In this document: piece by piece, positions 27,571 through 35,270 of the stretch | Layout: each line of letters begins with the position of its first letter | How positions within the stretch are numbered: position 1 is the stretch's first letter | Origin: Micromonosporaceae bacterium | GTDB lineage: Bacteria > Actinomycetota > Actinomycetes > Mycobacteriales > Micromonosporaceae | Length of the DNA stretch: 64,000 nucleotides | Assembly (NCBI GenBank): GCA_036506495.1 | Contig: DASXRQ010000253.1 | Span: 163 to 64,162, forward strand | Direction: 5' to 3' | The notes under the pieces: generated by a model | The model's database searches: none | Seen by the model: the letters and a program-made list of their open reading frames with translations, nothing else | Told to the model about the DNA's origin: nothing | Position numbers and translations under genes: made by a program

Positions 27571-27795
27571 TCAGCCGGCCCGCCGGCCGAGCCGTCGGCG
27601 TCGCCTGCCGGACGCGGGCGCGGTCGATCCGCGTACGACGAGGGAGAGCGGAAGCACCACGGACCGCGCGTGCCGGCTGGGGTCGCGCAGTCGCTCGAGC
27701 AGCATCTGCGCGGCCTCCATCCCGATTGCCTGGTGCGGGATCCGGATCGTCGTCAGCGGCGGGTTGAGCCCGCGCGGCGGCCCGCCGCCTGGCGG
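27571..27795 (-). pseudogene. C-terminal remnant of a LacI family regulator
   Basis: Minus-strand frame reads ...GLNPPLTTIRIPHQAIGMEAAQMLLERLRDPSRHARSVVLPLSLVVRGSTAP...*, a typical LacI C-terminus. The space for the missing ~270 N-terminal residues is occupied by the phosphoesterase gene. Confidence 0.55.
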
Positions 27796-27848
27796 GTCGC
27801 CGCGCGGGCCACTGACCGCCAGGCGGCGGACCGACGGCGGACGACGTG

Positions 27849-29567
27849 CTACCCGTGCGCGCGGTCGCCGCCGACGAGCAGCGCGTGTCGCAGGTCGGTG
27901 ACCTGGGCGTCGCGGCTGGTCAGCGGGGTCAGCCCGTAGGCACGCTCGATCGTGGCGAGGATCGAGGTGGTGTCGTGGGACTGGTGGTCCACGCCGGACC
28001 GGGTGAACCCGCCACCGATGATCAATGCCGGGATGCGCGTGCCGGGACCGAACTGGTCGAATGGACCGTCCGCGGCATCGGGGCCCTGCCCCGGCGGGGC
28101 CACGTGATCCCAGGCGCCACCGAACTCGTCGTAGGTGACGACCACCAGGGTGTCCCTGCCGTCCGGGCCCTCGAGGACGGCCCTGAGCAGGTCAACGAGG
28201 TGGCTCTCACCGTTGTCGGTGCTGGCGTAGCCCGGGTGCTCGTTCTCCGCCCCGATCGGCTTGACGAACGAGACCGCCGGCAGCGTGCCGGCCTGCGCGG
28301 CCGCCACGAACTCCGTCTCGTCCCGAAGGTGCGCGCGGCCGGGCATCATCGGCGCGTAGTTCTGGAAGTAGTTCAACGGCTGGTGGTGGAACTGGAACAG
28401 CGGGTCGGCGTGGCCCGCGGCCGCGTCGTCCCAGCCGCCGGCGTACCAGTTCCAGGTGACGTCCTTCGCGGACAGCTCGTCTCCGATGTTGGCCTGGTAG
28501 AAGGGCTTCGCCGGGTCGACGTCGTTGATCCCGGGCAGCACGTTTGCGCCGAACGCGCTCGGCGCCCAGGATGGCTGCATCGTGTTGACGGCGTGGTTCC
28601 CGCAGGCCAACCCGGCGACCGTGGTCGGCAGCCCGCAGGCCTGGGTGAGCGGGCCGTCGACGTAGGTGGCGGCCGGGTCCGGCCGGTACAGCGGGTAGCC
28701 GGCGCTGGGGAACCCGGCCGCGTCGAGCCTGCTGTTCTTGCCCGCCGGCACCGGCGCCTGCGCGGTGTCCCAGGTCGGCGCCCGGGCCGCGACGAGGTAC
28801 TGGTGGTTGAGGAACGACCCGCCGAACGCGGCCTGGAAGAAGTTGTCCGCGATCACGTAGTGCGGCGCGCCGGGACCGTGCAGGTAGTCGTAGACGGGCA
28901 GCTGCGTCGAGTCGTAGTAGCCCTGGGTCAGGCCAACCGCGTCGCTGCCCGTGGTGTACCGGTCCTGCCGACCTCCGTCGAGCTGGTACTGCTCCTGGTA
29001 GAAGCGGTGCACCAGGTCCCGGGTGCAGCCGCCGGGCAGCCCCTGCGGGTCACCCTTCTCGACGCCGTTCGCGATGAACGTTCCCGGCGGCGGGCAGGTC
29101 TTGTCCTCGGGTGTGACGTACGCGTTGATCGAAAACGGGGCACTCGAGGCGAAGTGGCTGTCGAAGGCCACGCCGCGCGGCGTCGTGCCCGAGCACACGG
29201 GAGACAACAGACCCGGATGAGTCGATCCGTCGAGCCAGGTGACCGTGGCGGTGGTCGGAACGAGGTTCGCGTCGTTCTGCAGGGTGCAGCCGATCGGCGT
29301 CCCGGCCTGGTCCACCTGAGTGGTGCCCGCGGTCGCGCCGGGCAGTCCGTTGACCTTCTGGTTGCCGACCCTGCCCCACAACCCGTACAGGTTGTCGAAG
29401 CTGTGGTTCTCCTCGTAGATGACCACGAGGTGCTGGTATCGACCGAGCGGGTTGGGTGCCCCGACGTCGGGTGCCGACCAGGCCGACCCGGCGTAAAGAC
29501 CACCACTGACGAGCGCGATCGCGGTGGCCGTACTGACGATGGCGGTCCGTCGCATGTGGACTCGCAT
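27849..29567 (-). CDS. Secreted phosphoesterase family protein (phospholipase C / AcpA acid phosphatase family)
   Basis: ATG 29567 with an AGGAG RBS 5 nt upstream. Signal peptide MRVHMRRTAIVSTATAIALVSG. Motifs VVIYEENHSFDN, YDEFGGAWDHV and GPGTRIPALII. Confidence 0.85.
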   Translation of the reverse strand: MRVHMRRTAIVSTATAIALVSGGLYAGSAWSAPDVGAPNPLGRYQHLVVIYEENHSFDNLYGLWGRVGNQKVNGLPGATAGTTQVDQAGTPIGCTLQNDANLVPTTATVTWLDGSTHPGLLSPVCSGTTPRGVAFDSHFASSAPFSINAYVTPEDKTCPPPGTFIANGVEKGDPQGLPGGCTRDLVHRFYQEQYQLDGGRQDRYTTGSDAVGLTQGYYDSTQLPVYDYLHGPGAPHYVIADNFFQAAFGGSFLNHQYLVAARAPTWDTAQAPVPAGKNSRLDAAGFPSAGYPLYRPDPAATYVDGPLTQACGLPTTVAGLACGNHAVNTMQPSWAPSAFGANVLPGINDVDPAKPFYQANIGDELSAKDVTWNWYAGGWDDAAAGHADPLFQFHHQPLNYFQNYAPMMPGRAHLRDETEFVAAAQAGTLPAVSFVKPIGAENEHPGYASTDNGESHLVDLLRAVLEGPDGRDTLVVVTYDEFGGAWDHVAPPGQGPDAADGPFDQFGPGTRIPALIIGGGFTRSGVDHQSHDTTSILATIERAYGLTPLTSRDAQVTDLRHALLVGGDRAHG

Positions 29568-29665
29568 ATGGACTCCTGGGGGGTGAGGAGGCAACGAGGT
29601 CAGACTCAGCATCGACCTCCGGCAGGGGCGGGGCAAGCTGAGCCGCGGCCAGTCGGCGGCCGGGG

Positions 29666-30196
29666 TCAGGCGCGGGCGTACCGGCCGACGAGCCGACCCT
29701 CGGCGAGGACCAGGCCGTCGATCGCTCGCTTGAGGTCGTTCGCCGAGGCACCCGGCCGCAGGTCGAGCCGCGCGGACAGGGCGTACGCCGTGAAGACGTA
29801 GCGGTGCGGCGCGCCCTTCGGTGGGCATGGCCCGCCGTACCCGCGCTTGCCGAACCCGTTCGCGCCGGCACCCGGCGGCTGCTCGCCCTCACCCAGCGCG
29901 GCCTTCCCCGGATCGATGCCCCACGCCACCCAGTGGACGAACGTCCCGCGTGGCGCGTCCGGGTCGTCCACCAGCAGCGCCAACTCGGCGGTGCCGGACG
30001 GCGGCGTGCCGAACCGCAGTGGCGGTGAGACGTCTTCGCCGTCGCAGGTGTAGCGCCTCGGTATCTCGCCCTGGTCGGCGAACGCGGTGCTGGTCACCGC
30101 CATCGTCGCGGGTGCGGGGGACACCTCCACGTCCGGCTCCTTTCCGCCGCAACCGGCCATCAGGAGAGCGATCAACGCCAGCACGCCGAGTCGCAC
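29666..30196 (-). CDS. YbhB/YbcL family PEBP (Raf kinase inhibitor-like) lipoprotein
   Basis: Lipobox LLMAGC. PEBP motifs DDPDAP...FVHW and GGPCPPKGAPHRY. Confidence 0.85.
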   Translation of the reverse strand: MRLGVLALIALLMAGCGGKEPDVEVSPAPATMAVTSTAFADQGEIPRRYTCDGEDVSPPLRFGTPPSGTAELALLVDDPDAPRGTFVHWVAWGIDPGKAALGEGEQPPGAGANGFGKRGYGGPCPPKGAPHRYVFTAYALSARLDLRPGASANDLKRAIDGLVLAEGRLVGRYARA

Positions 30197-30344
30197 CCCG
30201 TCACGCTAACCCGTCGCCGCGGCGCGCGTGCGTCAAGGCCGGGAGCCGACGGTGGGCGCCGACCGGGCCTGCCCTGGCCGCGCGGAGCAGGGCCCGTCGT
30301 CGACTCGGCGCTCTGCGGCCGGGCGAACAGCCAACCCTGCGCGG

Positions 30345-30902
30345 CGGGTAGCTGCCGCCGACGACCGCATCGCGCAGCGTCGAAACGATCGCCGCCGGAT
30401 CGTCCGCGTCCGGCACGAGTGGAGGACGCCGGCGAGCAGCACGGCGACCGGCTCGCCGAAGTCGAGCAGCCGCAGCGCCTTCGCCTCGGCCAGGATGCGG
30501 TCCGGGTCGCGCATGTCGGCCTGTAGCACGCCGGTCAGCTCGTTGCCGGCCAGGATCGCGCGGCTGTGCTCGACGGCGACCGGGTCGACGTCGACGTAGA
30601 TCACCTTGGAGTCTGGGGCCTCGTCCTGGGCGACCTCGTGGACGTTGCCCGCCGTGGGGATGCCCGAGCCGATGTCGAACTACTGCCGGACGCCCTCGCC
30701 GACGAGGTAACGCACGGCCCGGCGCAGGAACGCGCGGTTGGAGCGCCTGGTCTCGCCGATGTTGGGCGTCGGGCCGCGATTGCTCCGCGAGCTCACGGTC
30801 CACCGCGTAGTTGTGGGCACCGCCCAGGACGTAGTCGTACACCCGGGCCGCACTCGGTCTGGTCAGGTCGATGCCGGCCGGAACCTGCTCCGCGGGGTCC
30901 AT
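30345..30902 (-). pseudogene. Decayed SAM-dependent methyltransferase (DUF574 family)
   Basis: N-terminus MDPAEQVPAGIDLTRPSAARVYDYVLGG. Frameshift near 30765-30785. In-frame TAG at 30680-30682 (RQ*FDIGSGIPTAGNVHEVAQ). A 1-nt deletion near 30416-30421 (LH-FVPDADD). The C-terminal third is missing. Confidence 0.7.
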
Positions 30903-31001
30903 CGCCCGCCACGTCCGTCTGTCGGGATGCCCGCCCACATCGCTGATCGTCAACGGCTCGTTACTGTGTCTATCGCCTCGTACGTCTCCGTGACAACCCA
31001 C

Positions 31002-31104
31002 CCAGCTCCGTCAGAGTTGGACAGTTAGCCGCCGACGGACGCCCCAACTCTGACGGAGTTGGCCATACGAAAGGCCGCCAACTGCCCAACTCCTACGGAG
31101 TCGA
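31002..31104. repeat. CCAACT-type palindromic element, copy 2: three 19-nt hairpin units with exact 42-bp period
   Basis: Units are ccagctccgtcagagttgg (31002-31020), ccaactctgacggagttgg (31044-31062) and ccaactcctacggagtcga (31086-31104). Units 1 and 2 contain a perfect 15-bp inverted repeat. Confidence 0.65.
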
Positions 31105-31159
31105 GCGCGATTGCGGCAGCTAGATGAGCATCGATACGATCGGCCGCACCGCGCGCGCA

Positions 31160-31238
31160 TCGATCATGGCCTTCCTCGCCAATCATGGACTTGTTGTCGC
31201 TCGTTGATCTCTGATCCACGACAACAAGTCCATGATCG
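31160..31238. repeat. ATCATGGACTT-type palindromic element, copy 2 (79 bp)
   Basis: Perfect 18-bp inverted repeat atcatggacttgttgtcg (31182-31199) / cgacaacaagtccatgat (31219-31236). An extra upstream half-copy tcgatcatggcctt is at 31160-31173. Confidence 0.7.
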
Positions 31239-31717
31239 TGAGCACGATCACGCACGACCTGACCGAGGACGGCGTACGCACCGCGCTGCGCGAGGGGCCG
31301 TACGGGCGTTGCGTATACGCGTGCGACAACGACGTCGTGGACCACCAGGTGGTGAACCTGGAGTTCGCCGACGGCGCCACGGCCGCGTTCACGATGACGG
31401 CGTTCGCCCAGTTGGCGCCGCGGCAGACACGGATCTTCGGCACGCACGGCAGCATCGAGGGGGACGGGGTCCGGCTGCGCGTCACCGGTTTCCGGGACGG
31501 CTCGGTCGAGGTCGTCGACACCTCGACGGGGCCCGACGGCTCTGCCGCGTCCGGCCACGGCGGCGGCGACGCCGGATTGGTCGAGGACTTCCTGGCCGCG
31601 GTGGCGGCCGGCGATGCGTCCCTGGTGGGCTCGAACGCCGAGGAGAGCCTCGCCGGTCACCTCGTCGTCTGGGCCGCCGAGCGGGCCCGACGCAGCGGCC
31701 GCGTGGTCACGATGTGA
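31232..31717 (+). pseudogene. C-terminal fragment of a Gfo/Idh/MocA oxidoreductase (N-terminal Rossmann half missing)
   Basis: The 161-aa ORF matches only the family's C-terminal dimerisation domain (...YACDNDVVDHQVVNLEFADGATAAFTMTAFA...GHGGGDAGLVEDFLAAV...). Its apparent ATG lies inside the repeat element. Confidence 0.6.
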
Positions 31718-31760
31718 CCGTGACGTGGTACTAGCCTGGACCGCGGGGAGGTGAGCCGCG

Positions 31761-33401
31761 ATGACCGCACCCCAGCCTTCGTACGTCAGCGGCATGTCGG
31801 ACACCGAGCTGTCCGGTGACACGATCGGCGCGAACCTCGACCGGGCGGTGGCCGCGCATCCGGACCGGGAGGCCCTGGTCGACTGCCCGAGCGGTCGGCG
31901 CTGGACGTACGCCGAGCTGGCGGACGCGGTCGACCGGCTCGCCGCGGGGCTGCTCGCCGACGGGGTGGCCAAGGGCGACCGGGTCGGGACCTGGGCCCCC
32001 AACTGCCCCGAATGGGTGCTCGTGCAGTACGCCACGGCCCGGATTGGCGCGATCCTCGTCAACATCAACCCGGCGTACCGGGTGCACGAGCTGGAGTACG
32101 TCCTGCGGCAGTCGGGGATCAGCGTGCTGGTCTCGTTCACGGCGTACAAGACAAGCGACTACCGGCAGATGGTCGAGCAGGTCCGCGGGGCGTGCCCGGA
32201 CCTGCGTACCGTCGTGTACATCGGCGAGCCGTCCTGGGACCGGGTGGCGACCGGGTCCGCGCCGGGTCCCGAGCTGGCCGCCCGCGCCGGCGAGCTGTCC
32301 TGCGACGACCCGATCAACATCCAGTACACGTCAGGCACGACCGGGTTCCCGAAGGGCGCCACGCTGTCCCACCACAACATCCTGAACAACGGGTTCTTCG
32401 TCGGCGAGCTGCTGCGCTACACCCCACAGGACCGGGTCTGCCTTCCGGTGCCGTTCTACCACTGCTTCGGCATGGTGATGGGCAACCTCGGCGCCACGAG
32501 CCACGGGGCGTGCGTCGTCATACCGGCGCCGACGTTCGACCCGGCCGCCACGCTCCGCGCGGTGGCGACCGAGCGGGCGACGTCCCTTTACGGCGTACCG
32601 ACGATGTTCATCGCCGAGCTCGGCCTCCCGGAGTTCGCGGAGTACGACCTGTCGAGCCTGCGCACGGGCGTCATGGCCGGGTCGCCCTGCCCGGTAGAAA
32701 TCATGAAGCGGGTCATCGCGGAGATGAACATGGCCGAGGTTGCCATCTGCTACGGGATGACGGAGACGTCGCCGGTCTCCACGCAGACCCGACCCGGCGA
32801 CGACCTGGAGCGCCGGACGGCGACCGTGGGGCGGGCGATGCCGTACGTCGAAATCAAGATCGTCGACCCGGCCACCGGGCTGACGGTGCCGCGCGGCGAA
32901 CCCGGGGAGCTGTGCACCCGGGGCTACTCGGTGATGCTCGGCTACTGGAACGAGCCGGACAAGACCGCCGAGGCGATCGACGCCGCGCGCTGGATGCACA
33001 CCGGCGACCTGGCGGTCATGCGGGACGACGGCTACGTGAACATCGTCGGCCGGATCAAGGACATGATCATCCGCGGCGGCGAGAACGTGTACCCCCGGGA
33101 GATCGAGGAGTTCCTGTACGCGCACCCGAAGGTCTCCGATGTCCAGGTTGTCGGGGTGCCGGACGAGAGGTACGGCGAGCAGATCCTCGCGTACGTCATC
33201 CTGGCCGACCCGGCGCGCACGCTGACCCAGGAGGAGGTCGCGGAGTTCTGCCGGGGCCGGCTGGCCCACTTCAAGGTGCCACGGTACGTGCGGGTCGTGG
33301 ACGGGTTCCCGATGACGGTCAGCGGCAAGGTCCGCAAGGTCGAGCTGCGTGCGCGTGCGGTCGAGGAGCTCGGCCTCGCCGGACCGGCCGCGCACGCCTA
33401 G
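31761..33401 (+). CDS. AMP-binding acyl-CoA synthetase / fatty-acid-CoA ligase
   Basis: 546 aa with AMP-binding motif [14 protein letters not shown] plus YGMTE, TGDLA and C-terminal GKVRK. Confidence 0.9.
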   Translation: MTAPQPSYVSGMSDTELSGDTIGANLDRAVAAHPDREALVDCPSGRRWTYAELADAVDRLAAGLLADGVAKGDRVGTWAPNCPEWVLVQYATARIGAILVNINPAYRVHELEYVLRQSGISVLVSFTAYKTSDYRQMVEQVRGACPDLRTVVYIGEPSWDRVATGSAPGPELAARAGELSCDDPINIQYTSGTTGFPKGATLSHHNILNNGFFVGELLRYTPQDRVCLPVPFYHCFGMVMGNLGATSHGACVVIPAPTFDPAATLRAVATERATSLYGVPTMFIAELGLPEFAEYDLSSLRTGVMAGSPCPVEIMKRVIAEMNMAEVAICYGMTETSPVSTQTRPGDDLERRTATVGRAMPYVEIKIVDPATGLTVPRGEPGELCTRGYSVMLGYWNEPDKTAEAIDAARWMHTGDLAVMRDDGYVNIVGRIKDMIIRGGENVYPREIEEFLYAHPKVSDVQVVGVPDERYGEQILAYVILADPARTLTQEEVAEFCRGRLAHFKVPRYVRVVDGFPMTVSGKVRKVELRARAVEELGLAGPAAHA

Positions 33402-33417
33402 CGGTCCATAATGGGCT

Positions 33418-34176
33418 GTGCGCATCGCCGGCGCGGTGGCCCTGGTCACGGGTGCGTCGTCCGGGATCGGCCGCGCGACGGCCGAGTCTCTGGCGGCGGC
33501 CGGTGCGCGTGTCATCGTGCACGGGCGGGATGAGGCCGCGCTGGACGAGCTGGCTCGGCGGCTCGGCGGGACGTCCCTGGCCCAGGACCTGGCCGCGGTG
33601 GGCGCGGCCGACCGCCTCGCGGCCGCGGCCCTCGAGACCGCGGGCCGCGTGGACATCCTCGTCGGCAACGCGGGGATCGGCTGGGCCGGCCCGTTCGCCG
33701 AGATGCCGGCCGGCGACATCGAGCGGCTCGTGGCGGTCAACCTGTCCGCACCGATCATGCTGACCCGCGCCCTCCTGCCTGCCATGCGGGCGCAGGGCGG
33801 TGGATACCTCGCGTTCGTCACCTCCATCGCCGGCCGGCTCGGGGTCGCCGGCGAGGCGGTGTACGCGGCCAGCAAGGCGGGCCTGGACGCGTTCGCGGAG
33901 AGCCTGCGCCTGGAGCTGCGGGGCACGGGCGTGGGCGTCGGAGTCCTGGTCCCCGGCGTCGTGGCGACCCGGTTCTTCGAGCGCCGCGGGCGTGCGTACG
34001 GTCGCAGCCGCCCGCGACCGGTCGCGGCCGGATCGGTTGCCGGCGCCCTCGTGCGCATGATCGAATCCGGGGGAGCCGAGGCGTTCCGACCGCGGTGGCT
34101 GCGGCTGCCGGTGGCGATCCGCGGGGTCGTGCCCGGCGCCTACCGCGGCCTCGCTGGGCGGTTCGGCGGCAGTTGA
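33418..34176 (+). CDS. SDR family oxidoreductase
   Basis: Cofactor motif TGASSGIGRA and catalytic YAASKAG. Lies 16 nt downstream of the ligase gene. Confidence 0.85.
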   Translation: MRIAGAVALVTGASSGIGRATAESLAAAGARVIVHGRDEAALDELARRLGGTSLAQDLAAVGAADRLAAAALETAGRVDILVGNAGIGWAGPFAEMPAGDIERLVAVNLSAPIMLTRALLPAMRAQGGGYLAFVTSIAGRLGVAGEAVYAASKAGLDAFAESLRLELRGTGVGVGVLVPGVVATRFFERRGRAYGRSRPRPVAAGSVAGALVRMIESGGAEAFRPRWLRLPVAIRGVVPGAYRGLAGRFGGS

Positions 34177-34286
34177 CCGGATGTGCAGCCAGCCGGATCG
34201 GCCCACGTCACTCGGGGCCGGGCCGGCGACAACGGGACAGCCTGTGCAAAGATCGATTGGTAACGGTCCAGAGGTAGGGAGCGATC

Positions 34287-35270
34287 GTGCTCTTGGCTGT
34301 CGGCTTCGGGGTGCTGGCGGCATTCTTGTTCGCCGGCTCGGCGTCGCTGCAGCAACACGCGGCGCAGCGCGACGAGTACCGGCGCGCGGCGACGACCCGT
34401 GCGGCCGGCCGCACGGCGATCGTCGGTGCGCTCCTCCACCTGGTCCGGCGGCTCGTTCACCGGCGGCTGTGGCTGATCGGCTGGGTCACCAACCTGGTCG
34501 GCTTCGCCGTCCAGGCGCTGGCGCTGTACTTCGGGTCGGTGGCGCTGGTCCAGCCGTTGATGGTGTTGCAGCTGCTCTTCGCGCTGCCCATGGCGCTGGC
34601 ATGGCGGCGCCGCTGGCCGCAGTGGCGCGACTGGCTGGCGGCCGGGCTGGTCAGCGGCGGGCTCGCGGTGTTCCTCGCCGTCCGCGACGTGGCTCCGCGA
34701 ACCGACGAGCCCGATCGGGCGCGGCTCCTCGTCGCCATCCTGGCCACCGCGGGCGCCGTCGGGGTGCTCATGTTGGCTGCGGTGGGACGGCCGATCCTCG
34801 TGCACGCGACCCTCATCGCGATCGCGGCCGGCCTCTGCTTCGCGTGCACCGCCGTGACGATCAAGCTGACCTCCGAGGATCTGGTCAACTTCGGTGTCGC
34901 CGCCACCGCGCGGGACTGGCCGGGGTACGCGTTGGCGGCGTCCGCGCTCGGCGGCCTGATCCTGGAACAGGGCGCGTTCGCGACGGGCTCGCTGCCCTCC
35001 GCGGTGGCGGCCATGAACATCACCAACGCGGTGGCCGGCTACCTGGTGGGCATATTCGCCTTCAACGTCGCGGTGCCGACGGGTGCCGACTCGCTCGCCG
35101 CGCTGGCCGGCGCCGCCGTGCTCATCTCGGCGGGCGCCGTCGGGCTGGCGAACTCGCCCATCGTCAGAGCGGATCTTCCCGAGGAGCCGGGTCCGCCCGC
35201 CGCACGGCCGGGCCCACCCGCCGTCGCGCCCGCCGCGCCGGTGCCGGTCGGTAGACCGCGGGGCCGGTGA
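34287..35270 (+). CDS. DMT-superfamily-like multi-TM membrane protein
   Basis: 327 aa, about 9-10 TM helices, Pro-rich C-terminal tail. Its stop overlaps the next gene's start (GTGA at 35267-35270). Confidence 0.65.
   Translation: MLLAVGFGVLAAFLFAGSASLQQHAAQRDEYRRAATTRAAGRTAIVGALLHLVRRLVHRRLWLIGWVTNLVGFAVQALALYFGSVALVQPLMVLQLLFALPMALAWRRRWPQWRDWLAAGLVSGGLAVFLAVRDVAPRTDEPDRARLLVAILATAGAVGVLMLAAVGRPILVHATLIAIAAGLCFACTAVTIKLTSEDLVNFGVAATARDWPGYALAASALGGLILEQGAFATGSLPSAVAAMNITNAVAGYLVGIFAFNVAVPTGADSLAALAGAAVLISAGAVGLANSPIVRADLPEEPGPPAARPGPPAVAPAAPVPVGRPRGR

Noticed and set aside
31002-31127. Possible miniature CRISPR array (palindromic repeats with dissimilar spacers at a fixed 42-bp period)
   Set aside because: Repeats are only 19 nt and spacers 23 nt. 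There are only three degenerate units, one effectively inverted. No cas genes or leader are present in the window. A two-unit copy sits between convergent genes at 10451-10510. REP/MIRU-like repeats are the better explanation.
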